A stretch of 64,000 nucleotides of DNA from Tubiluchus corallicola. Taxonomy: Eukaryota > Animalia > Priapulida. Location of the stretch: positions 1,074,994-1,138,993 of the forward strand of contig JAQGDQ010000024.1 of the NCBI GenBank assembly GCA_030141605.1, in the 5' to 3' direction. The notes under the pieces are model-generated. The model saw only the letters and a program-made list of their open reading frames with translations. It was not told the origin of the DNA and ran no database searches. Shown here piece by piece: positions 12,101 through 27,100 of the stretch. Position numbers and translations under genes: made by a program. How positions within the stretch are numbered: the first letter of the stretch is position 1; every line of letters begins with the position of its first letter.

Positions 12101-15100
12101 CCTTTTAAATTCACAGCGATTTTGTGATTAAAGCAAAACTTAAGGAAAACTTACATACATGTGCAAAAATCTGCAAAACAAGCAAAAGGCTCAGACACAA
12201 GTGATTAACAAAAGTAATTCAAAGGAAAGGTTAGACAACAATGTTTTACCTGTACATTGGTACGTAAGATACATTTATAAGACCTGTGTTCAATGGCGGG
12301 TCCCACAAGATTGCAAAACTGCTACTCCTTAAGCTTTTGGGGTCCAGTTCCATGTTACGAACAAACGCTGCAGCTGAAAATTTGAAATAAAAAAGCATGA
12401 CGTATTGTAACTTATGTAATGCTAACTACACAATGTTATATGACTACACAATGTCTATTATTTATTGATCAGGTGATTAGTTGAGCTAAGTGTTTAGAAC
12501 TCGAGCACAAGTTTGAATTGAAAAGTAAGCAGATCACTAAACGAGTTCAGAAAAAATGTGTACTCTTACTGAACCATTTTTCCACATGGGAATACAAAGA
12601 TCTACTACCAGTGCCCCATTCGATCCTACCCTTGTGGTCCAGTGTGCCTAACATTTCATAACATATTCCAAGACTAACTATAACGATACAACTAGATTAT
12701 TGTTACACAAAAAAACAACAAAACTCAAACGTATTACATATTTGCTGAGCATCATAAGCACAAGTATAAAGTGATTAAACTAAAAAAATTCGACGAAAAA
12801 TTACCATGACTGCACTCATCCTGCTGTTCATCACTGCCATCAGCGCAGTTTGTGTGATTATCACACCAATACCTAAATTCCAAACATTCAGATTGATCAT
12901 GGCAAGGCTTTTCTCCTAGAGGGCACATCTTAGGTGGATTTGGTGTCGTCGTGTTCATATTGGCTGTTAAAAAATAAAAATGTTGACAATATAGTTTGAA
13001 TTGACAATTTTTGCTTAACTGCCGTATAACAAGATTTTTTGTAATGTTTCTTTCACAGTAACAGTAGGTTACCAATGCAAATAAATTATCTCTTTGTCAA
13101 AATTCAGGATTAGAAACATTGCAAGAGCTTTATTTTTGATGCATTTCAAAATTTCACATTGTTTCTATGTATTTTATACTTTCAAGTAAAAGTCCGTGAA
13201 TTTATCTTAGTAAAACATAATTACTGCCACAGTACAATCCTACAGCCCGCACTATGCAACATGTATGTCTAATGAACAGTTTCAAAGTTTTAATATGAAA
13301 AATAGTACTTATTATCTTTCCCGTAATTGTGGTCCTTGATCCCATATGTTGCTAACAAGGAGCAATTTTTACGTTACACCTCCAAAGCTTATTACTGAAA
13401 AGCTATGCAAGAATAAAACACTGTAATTGTGGCTGTAGAATTTTATCTTATACTTACAACAGAACATTTCATCACTGCCATCAATGCAGTTTTTATGCCT
13501 ATCACACAACATAGACAGTGACAGACATCCAGCACTAAATAAGCATGGAAACTCATCACCAGTTTCAAAGTTTTTACATGAAAAATAGTACTTATTATCT
13601 TTCCCGTAATTGTGGTCCTTGATCCCATATGTTGCTAACAAGGAGCAATTTTTACGTTACATCTCCAAAGCTTATTACTGAAAAGCTATGCAAGAATAAA
13701 ACACTGTAATTTTGGCTGTAGAATTTTATCTTATACTTACAACAGAACATTTCATCACTGCCATCAATGCAGTTTTTATGCCCATCACACAACATAGACA
13801 GTGACAGACATCCAGCACTAAATAAGCATGGAAACTCATCACCATGACACTGGCCGCCCTCTAGAATCATTACAAAAACATTAGAAGTAGATCTCAGTAA
13901 TTACAGTAATGTACAAATTGAAATGCACTTAAAACACTAGTAAAAATAGCTTGCTTTACGTTAAAGAAAGACAGGAGGATTTTTCATACCCCATTTTCAA
14001 GTCCGATAAAAAGTATACATTTTATCACATTAATACTGCAAAAGCGTTTCCGATAATAGATTAAGATCTTAATTAACGGCAGGTGAGCCCAACTATTGCG
14101 CCCTACAGTGCCTGTTTTCTTGTGCAATGCGTTTCCGAAATGCAGTGCCCATCTAACCAGCGAATGGTGAAATGCACGTAACAGCGAATAACGAATGGCG
14201 CTAATGCGAAATTGTGAGGTAATAATTCATTCATGCAAGTCATTTTTGAAAAAATAGTGTATTTCATTTCAATATTTTAGATAATACATTGTTTTGACGT
14301 ACAGGTTAAGATTGGGTCCGATTTTGCTTTAAGTATCTTTAACGGCTAATTCCGACTGAATGTACAAGCATACAAACAACAACAACATTTTCATGATATA
14401 ATATATGTGTATTACTAAAACATTACAAATAACTTAAACTGTAAATTGAGAATTACAAACTAACAAATTAGAGCAGAATACCCGGACAATCTTTTTCATC
14501 TTCTCCATTCTGGCAGTCTTCTTCGCCATCACACACAAATGCACCCAGAATGCACTGAGGTGAACTGCCCAGCTGGCATTGAAAATTCATTGGGCTGCAT
14601 GTACCTGACGTGGTCGGTTTAGATGTTGTCTACAAGCGAAACAAGGTTTTGTTCTGGTAAAAACCACTAAAGCAGTTCTAATGCTTGAGCAGTTCTAAGA
14701 AACTTTAAATAATTATTTTATCACCCATATTTTTAAAGATTTCGTACATAATACTCCATCACATTATTATTACACTTAAAGTTTTGGCAAAAGTCACAAA
14801 GTGTCGCTCTAGCATTATGTAATTTACGTAAAACAGCAGCCCAAAGAAATTTATTTAGAGTTGTGAGTACAAATGATTTGAAACTTACAACTTAGGGTGT
14901 GTGCTGCCCCCTAAACCATGTTTTTAACGGTATTTACAAATTATTTCTATAAATTGTAAATGCAAAACTAATTGTATGACTATACCACATGTGCAGACCT
15001 AGCTATATAGAGTTTTACCATATGTGAAACACCATACAGCTAGGGATAGTATAGATTGACACTTTATTATGCATACTATTACTATACACTTACTATACTA

Positions 15101-18100
15101 TTTATTATACACTTACCATTTGTGAGGTAGAACATCTGATGTACTCTTCATCACTAGAATCAGGACAGTCAGACACATCATTGCACACATACTGTTGATG
15201 AATGCACGTCCCATCTCTGCATTGGAACATGTCTGGAGCACATGTTGCCCCACCCGAGGGCCACTCGGTCGAGGAAGAGCCACACTCTTGTTCATCCGAG
15301 TTGTCTCCGCAGTCATCCACACCATCACACTTCCAGAAAAATGGAATACAATGGCCAGACTTCAAGCAACGAAACTCCCGATGTGAACAACTGGTAGAAG
15401 CCACTGTCGATGAGGTTGTTGGAACAGTAGCAGTGCAGTTGGCCTCGTCACTGTTGTCATGACAATCATCTTCTCCATCGCACACCCAGGAACTGTAGAT
15501 GCAACGCTTATTATTGCACTGAAACTGAAAGTCTCGACAAACAATTTGACTGCAGTTGGCTTCGTCACTAAAATCTCCGCAGTCGTTGTCACCATCACAT
15601 CTCCACGAAAATGGGATACAGCGACCTACATCACAGCAACACGTGAATAATTCACACATCAACAGTATCAACAACATGTTAACTATGCAAACTCTTATTA
15701 ACTCTTACTCTCACACATGCTACCATCAACACAAAAATAAAAATTCTAACAAATCTTATCTAAAAAATTACCCGTGTTATTCGAGCATTGAAACTGATTG
15801 GCTGAACACTGTTCGGGTGGTCCTTCTGTAGTCGACTGTTCCACTGTGCAACCTTTCTCATCAGACCCATCCGGACAATCCTCATCAAAATCACAATACC
15901 AAGAAATTGTTATACACCTGTAACAATGCACATCAAATTCTATTAAGGGTGAATTCTTTTTAATGATTTTCCCCGATAATAAATGAAAAAATTTCATGTA
16001 AAAATTTAACATTTTGCACAAACGCTAATAGTAATGAACGTAACAATACTAAAATACACCATCAATCATATCTGCAGATTAATGCATTGCTATCAAACCT
16101 CTTAAAACACTGTTTACCTTGTCTGTTATTTTTCAAAGTAGAAAAACCATTTTTGCATGCAAGGAATACAAAAAAATGCCAGCAGGGATTCGAAAAGGAA
16201 GTCAAAAAAATAGTTCTGGAAGCTTTGTTCCAAGAATTCAGCACTGGCCAAAATAACGAATCTTGTCTCATTTTGATGAGTCTTGCATTAAATAATTTAT
16301 GCAAAGCATTGGGTTGCTCGCACACCCGTAATGGAAATAAAGGCAAATACAAAAACAAAAGTTATAATAATAATTAATAGTGGCATATTCTATCTTTGCA
16401 TCAAATTTCAGTTTCCAAAGCTGCTCTACAAGCCAACCTATGACCCTTTTTCAAAAAACAAAATCCAAAGTCAAAAACAAAAAAGAGATAAACAATTTAC
16501 AAAAACAAGAATGACAATAACATCATAAGGAAACAGATCTCTTTGTAGGTCACTTTACGTGTGAGTAACCAAAAATAATTTTAATACTATTGCATACGCA
16601 AAAAATAATAATACCTTCTACTTGTAACGCATCTAAATTCAGTTGCATTGTGGCATTCATTGGTCGAACAATCCAGTTCATCGCTCATGTCATCGCAGTC
16701 GTAATCTCCGTCACATCTCCATGTTCTCAACAAACACTGACCAGAATCTTCGCATTGAAACTCTGTCAGTGGATCACACTGCCTAGCAGGTTCACACTTG
16801 CCATTTGATTCCACCTATATAAAGTTTTTCCAAGTTACAACGACTCAAACAATGTCAAATTTCTTAGTTTCTTCTTTTGTCGTCATCACAACTGATGCTT
16901 CATCCAAGCAAAATAATTCCTACAACTATCAAACTAACCGCCATGCACGCAGACAACCAAACAGTACCCGAAAACTCTACAAATATATTCTTCAGGTAAA
17001 AAAACATTTTAAAGTTCCACATTCAATGCAAAAATTATTTGTCAAAAAGTGCAATGAAAAGCAAAAAGTAGAGCTCGCAAACAGTTCGCATAAAAAACTC
17101 TAACACTTCAAACAATTTTCATGAAAAAAACTCAGCTCACTCTAGATACTAATGGAACAGAAAAAAGTAAAAACCAGTTTGTAATATATATCTATATCAA
17201 ACTATCAATCTATATCAGACGTTCACTATGATGCTTAGAGCTTATTGCAGCGTAAAAATTAAATCAGCTCTACCTAAAATAAATGCCAAGTAAAAGTTTC
17301 GGCACTTTTTCGAAGATTTTTTTCACACTGCAGACAAAGAAAAACTACTGTCAATAAAGACCTACAATTTAAACTCAAAATGTAAACAAATTTATGTGAG
17401 TAAAGTATCCAAATAAAGTGTTTTCAAATTATTGTGCATGTACTTTCCTAATGAATTCATAGAAACAAAAACGAATACAGTGCCTGCTACAGCAAGCCCT
17501 CACTTATGACACTTGTGCATTCCAACAAAAGGCAATGTTAAGCAAATCATGGATAAAGGAAGCAGTGACTTCTATCTATAGAAAATGTCAAAACTGTGAG
17601 ATGCGAACCATGGACAAAAATCAATAATTCTTAGTTTATATAAATTAAACATTTTATGGGTTGTATGCATGTTTCTCACTGATTAATTCCTTTCCATTTA
17701 CATTGAAGTCATTTACCTTTTATTTACACCTAGCAGTTTCTTTTTCAAGCCGTGCCTCAGCAACAAAGCTATTCAACTGTTCTACTACGACTAACACCCA
17801 ATGCTGGTGAACAGTGAATAACTTTCAAGCAAAGGTTAGTTGTTCGCCTTGGATACTACATAAGGAAAACTAAGCCTGGACAGCCAGGCATGGTACAATT
17901 TTTTCTTGACACTGGTTGTTATAGCATTCCTTTGTACAAAGTTCGCAAATGCAATTTATAGAAAAAGTCTGGTATTTAGCAGATTGCTGGGAATAAATGT
18001 GGTTTTGTTACTAGTAGCTTTTCTAGATCAGAACAGTGCAACAAGTAGTGTTTAAGTGCTTCAAGGCTAGATAAAAAATTTGTAGTTACAATGTTTTGGC

Positions 18101-21100
18101 TCGTTGTTAAACTTGCATCGTCAAGTGAGAAAAAGGTGTCAAATGTTCGTGTCATTAATACGAAATGTTGCTAAATGGGGAGTTGTTAAGTGAGGATCTA
18201 CTGTATTATAAAACAATGTGTGAGGACGTACTGTATTATAAAAAAAATGTGTAGTAGAGATGTGCCTTTGGATATCAATTGCTATAATTCAGAAATTATC
18301 ATTATAACTATTACCTGTCCAACAGCACACCTGCACTTCTTATCTTCGCCAAGAGTCATGTTACTTGGACACATACACGTGTGCTTGTTGTCTGGCAAAC
18401 CCACGCATAAGTGCGAGCACAAATCTGTTTTGCGACTACATGCATTCTCACCTAGAAAAAGTACAAACAGTTTTGTTACAGTGACTGAAAAACCTAAAAG
18501 TTGGTGAATAAATTTACAAAAAGTCTGCTTAATCAGGGCGATGCACTCCAGCAAAGCGCAGTGTGAGTTGACATTCGTTAAAGCCATACAACTCAAAACA
18601 ATGTAAATAAATGAAGAACGGCATCCGACTGAAAAATCAACAAGTTTGGCCAATAAAAAGCAAACTTTGTCATGATATTTATTTACATGTGGTTTTGATT
18701 CAACATAAAAAGTAAGTTTTTATTGCAAAGTCAGACAGCTATCACAACAATCTGAAAGAGAAATTTTGAAGTCAGTTTTGGCAGCAAAACATTAAAATGT
18801 CATAATATAATTTCAAAGTATATTTTCCAATTTAGGCTTTAACAGATTTTTTTCTGCATAATACTCGCACATTATGTCGTGCTGTCTTTACAATTACGTA
18901 AATGCCAATGAAGTAACTGAAATGTCTATTGAGCTACTACCTACACATGGATGACAAAATAAGGCAGCGTTTATCTTTTAGGTGATAAATGTGCAGAAAT
19001 ACATGTAAGTAATTCAGCATCTGGCAGCTTGTCACAAACAAAAGCAAATGTAACAGCAAGTTTACATACACAGGTGTTTTTTTAGAAAAAATACAAGTTA
19101 GAAATATAAGTAAAGTCAACAATACACTGTTAAAATAAAACAGTCGTAAGATAAAAGAAAAATGGCAAAATTTCTCTTATCATTGAACAAGGTATTGCCC
19201 AGCAAAGACTAACTACGTAAAATGGTTTCTGAAAAAAACGTTGGAAGCACACAAGTATTATGAGAACTAGTCAGTTGGGTTCAATGAAAGATAGAAATGA
19301 CTTGCCTTGTCTGGTATTGTTATCAAACACTTTCATGTCCATTGGACTGCGTATATTTCTTCTAAGGTAACTGACGTCATGAATATCTTTGTTTGCTACA
19401 AAGATGGCTTCCCTGTTCCAGTCATTCCAGTACAGCTTATTCTAAAAATATGACCAGATTATAACACACCCAAGTCAATATTTGATTAAAGATTTAGTTA
19501 AAAAATTGCATCGTATCTAGTGAAATAAATTTCAATTCTTCCTCAAACTAGACATATCATACAGTACGATCATTTTATTTTCAACTAAGATTCACCTTGT
19601 GAAGAGCAATAGCAAATGGATGTGGCGTTTGCTTTCCATGTATGAGTCTTTTAACTCCACTTCCATCCGCGTTACAAGTCAGAATGCTGTCATCATAGGC
19701 ATCAGTCCAGTACAACTTTTGTGCAACATAATCAATGGCAAGACCATTTGGCCAGTGTATACCATTACCTTTAACGACAAGACCCACATTTGTACCATCA
19801 AGCCAGGCTTTCATGATGCGCGGACTTTCAGAACTCCAGTCAGTCCAGTACATCCACCTAATGAAATCCACATTTTATTTACTGTCGCGTGTTACAGCAA
19901 AATTGACCAGCCCATATTAAGAAACCACAACCAGTTCAAAACTAAAATGTTTGAACATAATTTCTGATTAAAGTGATTCTTTTATTACTGCAGTTTATTT
20001 AAAACATTATACTATCGCTTAATATCCAAGATATGATAACAATATTAACATCAAGAAAGTAACACCATACCCATTTAGTGGATCAAGTACTAATGCTCTA
20101 GGCTGGTCAACATTTGAACTATTGATAACCAAAGCTCGATATCTTTCTTCTGCTATGCCTCGTACTGACACTACCCAAATGCCCTTGTCACGTGAACCCG
20201 ATTCAACCCAGTACAGATTTTTGCTCAACCAATCAAATGCCAGAGCCTCCATAACATCAACAGATGCAGAAACAACCGTTTCTTGTGAGTGATTGCCATC
20301 CATGCACAACCTCTGTAATGAATGCTCAGTTATACCCAAATTTATATTATATTTAATGAAAATTGAAAAAAGTAGTGAAATGATCATAATTCAAAATCTT
20401 TCAGCAAAATCCCCCATGTTCACTTAATTTACAACATCTTTCATCAGAATTAACTAGCAGAAGAAATATATTCACCAGAATTTTGTTAAGTCGGATATCG
20501 GTCCAATAAACACAGTTAGTAATGAAGTCATATTCTACAGCGACTGCATCCTCCAGACCAAGAAGAGGCAAGGCAAACGTGGAGTTATCCAGTAAATTAA
20601 TGCGTACAATAGCCGAGCGATTGACGTACAACATAAACTCCTTGACAGCTAAAAATAATTGAATAAAAATAAACTTAACAGACACATATACATTGAGCAT
20701 GATCATTAATTCAATGAAACTAACACAGTTTTTGCTGCAAAAAACAGTTGCAATTTAGCTCATAAGTTACACCAGCATTAAGTGACTATATCTCTCCCCC
20801 TTTCATCTTTTGAAGACTTGTACCCTATGATACGGGCAACATTCTAAGATAAGGTTTAAAACTGCACTGTAGACAATTTTTAAGTCAAGGAAAAGAAATG
20901 TGATCATAAACAGAGAAATATCTGCAAACGCCTGCATGCCAAAATCTACACTGTAAGTAACCATGGGCAACATTTGCTTGAAAACTACTTCAAAATAATT
21001 TTCCTTTTCAAGAAATAGCTAGTTTTTCCTACCTTTTATTTCACAGGGCACTTTGTTTGGACTGTATAATTCTTCATCACCACCTTGGCAAGTATCGCCT

Positions 21101-24100
21101 GCTACTTTTCGGTAGCTGAAACAACAGATGAAAAATTTTAGCCAACTTTTTCAACCACATGTTATTGCATGTGGCATAGATGCATGCAGAACTGTTGTAC
21201 TTTACAGGAAAATTTTATAAAACAATACCAGACCATAGTAATTTAAAAATTAACATTAATATTATTACGGTTATTAGCTTCGTTCATTAGATAACAGGTA
21301 TTTTACATAACTGCATTAATTGTACAGAATCATCATCATTCATTTGGGCAAGGCTGACAAGACCGAGTCTTCAATAACTAGAGAGTGTTCAGTATAATTA
21401 TCAGAGCAACCTTATTAGCATATTTATCAGCTGGTTTCTGACCCTAATTGTTGTGAAAGGACCGCTAAACGGCTGTCGTTACTAAGAACGCCAAGAAAAT
21501 GAGTTTAGTTTACATTTTTTTAAATTTACACAAACAAAACTAAACTGAATGTTTTAGTGAGAAACAACTGTATTATTAAGAAATTAAAATTTTAATACAA
21601 GCCATAATTAAAGTTTGATAATACCAACAATAAAATTCTACTTACATAATTACATAATTATAAAACAGCATACAAAGACATTGCAATATCCATTACATAA
21701 ACCAGTGAAGTATCATTTACAAGAATAAAGTTAACATTTAAAATGAGCATTTTTCACTACAAGTCCATATTTTGCTACTTTATGGAAAAAGAGACTTGAG
21801 AAGGCCTCTGAAGCAGAACTGTCACTGGCAAAAGCCTATGAATTGTTTTAATCTTGCATAAACTTTGTACATTCTAGGGCATTCAACGAGCCACTCAAAG
21901 CTTCACTGTATGGCTTCAGATCACTTGGGTCATTGCTCTAAAATTTCAGATGAATGTTTAAATCTGTTTTCAGGAAGCAGTTCATTACGAACCATTATGA
22001 ACAGAGCTAGATTACCCTATAGCCTGGTATAGGCTGCAGCCTAGGGCTCCTCAAGCTTGTGGCGCCCACACTTTACTGGCCTTAAAAAAGGAGGCCCGTC
22101 TGAAAATCCGTTTTAAAGTGGCTCCTCATTTGAGATAAAGGATCTCTGTTTGATGCCTTTTATTTGAGACAAAGGGTCCTTGTTTGAGGGCTTTTACTTG
22201 AGATAAGGGCCCCTCCTTGAAGGCCTTTATTTGAAAACTGGGGCCCCAGCTACGAAAATGTCGTTAAAATATATGAAAAGTAAAAATATTTAAGACAAGT
22301 GTGAGTAAATTAGAAAGAGGCTCTGTTTGAAGGAGCCCCATAATTTAATTAGCCTAGGGGCCCCAAAAGGACATAATCTGGCCCTGATTATGATCCCTCA
22401 TTAATTGCTTTGGTTCACGGATAGACAATAACTTAGATTTTCAGGTAAAGTTTTTGAATAGGTTCTACTTTAAAAACAAAACTAGCACTAGTATGACCAC
22501 ATTAAAGTTGTACATAAAAAAAACTAAATTTCCTGCCACCTAAGTTTCATGTGAAAATCCTTTTTCATAGACTCCACCACCCTCCCTTGTTACTAATGTT
22601 GTTCTCCCCTATAAGGCATAATTTTATGATATAAAAAAGAAGGCAATATTACATTTACGATCTTTTTATATGCCGAGCTTATAATCAATAAATTTACTTG
22701 ACCTATTTAACAGTACTGCATTAACTACATAGATTTATACAACGTTAGTTAATTTGTCAAAGTTAGTTATAAAAATTAGCTATCACATGTCATAAATACT
22801 GAAATATCAAATAACTAGGGGTGAGCATCGAACATTCGATTTGAAACTGAAATTATAGAATAATTCAGCATTTCAACTGCATGTTCTCTTTGTCATTAAA
22901 ACGTTTGAAACATCATGCAATCTGCACAGTTTAACTGCAATTTCTGCAAACAATTTTAAAACAAGCTATTAGTGCTTTTACTCCCGAACAAAATCAGATA
23001 GTATGCATGATCTTTGTGAGACCACTTTTTAGTAGTAATTCAAAAATTTATTGGAAAATCTTTAAAAATGAATTTGAATCGGATTGGAAAATGCTGAAAT
23101 TCAGGTTGATTTGAATTCGACAATCACAAATTCGATTCGGCTCAAATTTGCTTTCTGGTAGAGAATGCTCATCCCTACAAATAGCTGCTTACCCTTTGGA
23201 CACAGTCATGATCACACCTTCTCGACACATTTGATCATAATAGTCAAATGGAGAATAATAGGCAGGAACACAAGCGCCAGCCGAGTTCTTCTTATAAGCC
23301 ACATCACTGTAACAATGGGAAAAGCACCTAAGTGTGCATCTAATCTACTTCAGAAGTAACGTTATCATAACTTTCTTACCCACGGCTCATAATTTTCACC
23401 ACACCTTCGGGGCAAATAGGGTGTCCCTGGAAAAAGTCAGCACTTTCTTCCCCAAAAATACTGCAATCATCTTGATAGCCGGGCGGTCGTGTTTCGCTGT
23501 CGCTACACATGCAGAGAAAAAACAACATCATGCAAGCAACAAGCTAACCACACAGCAAGCAGTGAAACATAAACACAGATTATTCAAAATACACGATGAT
23601 AAGGACCATCATTTTTCGTTTACATTCTTTTATAAATTTTTCTTGGAGATTTGTGAATTTTTTATTTCAATCAATTAAAAATGGCAAACTGAGTGAAGAA
23701 CTCAAGTAAAAAATGCAAAGTTTATATCAGCAATCATTATTTCAATATAAATTAGAAGTGTGTAAATCATAAATTGTGTCTTTAGAAATCAAAATCAAAA
23801 CAATATCTAAAAAAAGTATAACTAAAATACAATTAGGACAAAATTTTGAAATATGGCTGTAAATAAACTGCAAATGTACATGTACATCTAGGCACATAAT
23901 ATTCAGCCAGTATTAGTAAAAACCGAAGATGATGGTACTTACAGATAGTTCAAATAAAGTAAACAACCGTTTACAAGCTTATTAGAGGATACACAAAGAA
24001 GAGGTGACAGCTCAAGTTTAATGTTCAAAGCATGCAAATAAAAACACACGATACCACAGGGTAATCAGGAGACGCAAACCGAGTGACCAGACATTAAACA

Positions 24101-27100
24101 CATAAGAAATCAACAGCACTCTGTTATTTGAAACAAATGTTGTAAAAAACACACTGACGTGGTAATAAGCATACATAATCATGCTAAGCTTCTGTTAGTG
24201 AGCACAGCACACAAGCCATAAAAGACCGCTATTCCTGAATAGGTTTATGCACCTTTAACTGCTTAAGCAAAATTACTAAGCAAAATCACATAAACAAATA
24301 AATAAATGGCCATAGAGGTGATTTAAAAGAATTTAATTAGACAAAGGCTCTCACAACCAGAGCTGAAATATTATTTTTTAAACTTTTAACACTGTTTATT
24401 TTATTTGTGCTAACTTAAGGGACGAAAATACAACAAATATTAAAATTCACGTGAACTTTTATAATATTACTTAGGTTATCAAATAAGAATCAAGAACTCG
24501 TAGAGTTCATGCAGAGATATTTTGTAACTTACCACTCAAAGTCTTCTCTTGTACAGGTACAGTTCAATGTTGTGATAGCGCGATCGTAATCTCGACCATT
24601 GTAGCAACGAGCATATGTTAGTCTTCGCTCATAAGTTGTGTTCCTTCCCAATAAACAGTGTGACCCAGGATGATCGTAGCCCGGAGACCAAAGTTTATAA
24701 TCATCATCTGTACAATCCTCACCTAAATAAGAACACAACAAATTTATACATACAACTACTAGCTAAGAAGCATCAACGTACATAAGTGTAAGATCACCTT
24801 ACTTAGATAATAAATAAGTGTAATAACAAAACTAAAAGCAAAAAAATGTTTGTCATTACCTAACACTTTACGCATGTCGGCTTTAATCAAGACCCATTTG
24901 TGAGCTCCAACTTTGGATCCAAACAATGTAAAGACTGTGGTTTTCTCACCCGGTTCAGTAAGAATACCATAGATATGTAGAGGTTCATCAGTTGTAATAT
25001 TGGCGGGGAGCCAGGTGCGTCCTTCGGTATAAGAATACCTGTCAAAAACATATAGGTGCTAAACACATTTGAATTTTACAAAATACAAGTGCACATTTCA
25101 TAAGTCGAAGAAGATAGCAGTATTAACAATAATGACTGCAACATGGAAAACTCTACGTGTTTTTCATCTGCCATACCATATGCAGACAAATACACTTAAA
25201 GGAGTTAATTAAAAATGCAGGCGATTGTTAAATTAATTAAAACAAATCATTATCTACAAACAAAGCATACACAAAGGGTTATTCTTCTATTACAAATAAA
25301 TAATAAATTAAGTCTACGATTGACAAATAAAGTCTACTATTAACGTAAAAGTAGCTAAACATTTGCTATATTAATGTATTTAATCATATTTATGTGATTA
25401 ATGATATTTATTAATTGTATTTCAAAAATTGCATAACACTTTTGCCAATGTATTTACTGCACGCCATATTTTTGAAAAAAGGCAAGCTTAATGTGGCAAA
25501 AGCTACAAATAAATAGACACTCCTACTGATGAAACCCATCAGTTTAGGTATTTATCAGCAACAACACTTATTGTTTTATAAAAACTGACATGATAATATG
25601 ATATAATAACAGAATATATTAAAACATACTTAAATTGTGACGTCTTTCCAAATTGCTTAGCAGCAACGATAATGCCACCATGATCCCCAAATGCATAGAA
25701 ATGATGTCCTTTTAGTACCTATGAAGAATAACGGCATGTTTCATTGTATCAACAAATATTACTTGGAGCTTATCAACAAAAAGAATTCCTTGTTTAACCA
25801 GGAGGTTTTAATGAGCACAACATGAGCTTGCGACCGACTCACGACGCTTCGTGCTTATCAGTGATATTCATATTAAATGGTATTTGATAATGATACCAGG
25901 CAGGCTTAACAAAATCTCTAATATCTGTGAAGGTATTTTGTTAAATATGCCTGTAATGCAAGCCTATTAATTAATCACGTACGACAAATCAATACCAAGT
26001 ATTATGAAACTGAACTTTACTGGTAATGCTGCATACTGAACCATTCTTTTACGACCGGAAAACTTGATAGAAGAAAATCTTAAAATAAAGCATGTCTTTT
26101 CTGCTGATCTATATCACTACTTCAAGATTGATATACTAACCTCGTGCCACATTGTACCACCCGTAGTAGATACAAAAATGTCTGATTCACGCTTCAAAGA
26201 TGCACCAACAGCACCAGTAGCTATAATAAGTCCAGGAGCAGACTCTTTCGACAGTATTGTAGCCGGTCCTTGCATCTGGTAAATTTGCGAGAACTTCTGT
26301 GTCAAGTGAAGAGAACAGTTTTTGCTCTGTAAAAAAACTAGCAATGTAATATGATGCCATAACAGCAATTATCCGTAAGTAACAACCAAACACAAAACAA
26401 GGTCAAACATAATGATGAAGTTAATTATAACTTGGAATAGATTAATGTTTCACGTCCAAATTTGAACATTACTTGTAAAACCAAATGCTCGTGCTTGATG
26501 CTGCATAGATAAACGGTCATTGGCTATGCAGTCAAATTTGAACAATGAACATGTTATTATGCAAATGCACTTAAAAAGTTGACACTGAATAGCAACAATC
26601 TGAATGCAAAGGATAGAGATGCAAAACTATATGACTACATCAACGATTAAGAAACTAGTACGTAAATGTTCTGCATACAAGGAACCTATATTGGAAAAAA
26701 ATAGAAAGTGGTATGCCAAAGCTTTACATATTCAGGAGATGTCAGCTGCTACATTACATCATTTGATAAATTTCTTTTAAACAACAATTTTTATAACTCC
26801 ATAAAACAAACTTATATAAAACTTTGAAAAGTATTGCTTTCTGAAATATAATTCGAAACTGCACATTACTTAAAAAGCTACTTACTCCGATGCAAAAAGG
26901 GTGTCCATTAATATCAGCAAAGGGTGCTTTAACACGACTCCATATACCACCCTTATCAAATGTAATGAGTGAAATAGTAGAAGCCAAGTTCATGGAGTCA
27001 CCTTGAGCCTGTGATGCGATGTAGACTCCTCGCAGACCTTCAACCTTATGAAAATCTGCAAATGTCTCCTCCACAAAAATGCTGAAAACATCAAATGCAA

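Larger units (their letters stand above)
6117..12373 (-). other. SORL1: SORL1 fibronectin type III exons (four complete domains and the start of a fifth)
   Basis: WDPP...LHANTMYEV; PSAPINV...WRPP...PNGII; LNWK...[12 protein letters not shown]; PTNI...LSWEKP...[21 protein letters not shown]; APPKNV...ITWSASC. Confidence 0.88.

Noticed and set aside
13369-13641. ORF with an LDLa motif as an independent gene or tenth functional repeat
   Set aside because: It is the acceptor-less duplicate of part of exon 24, lacking the first cysteine.
15113-15831. Multiple overlapping alternative-frame and antisense ORFs over the large LDLa exon
   Set aside because: Shadow ORFs of a GC-richer coding exon with no independent motifs.
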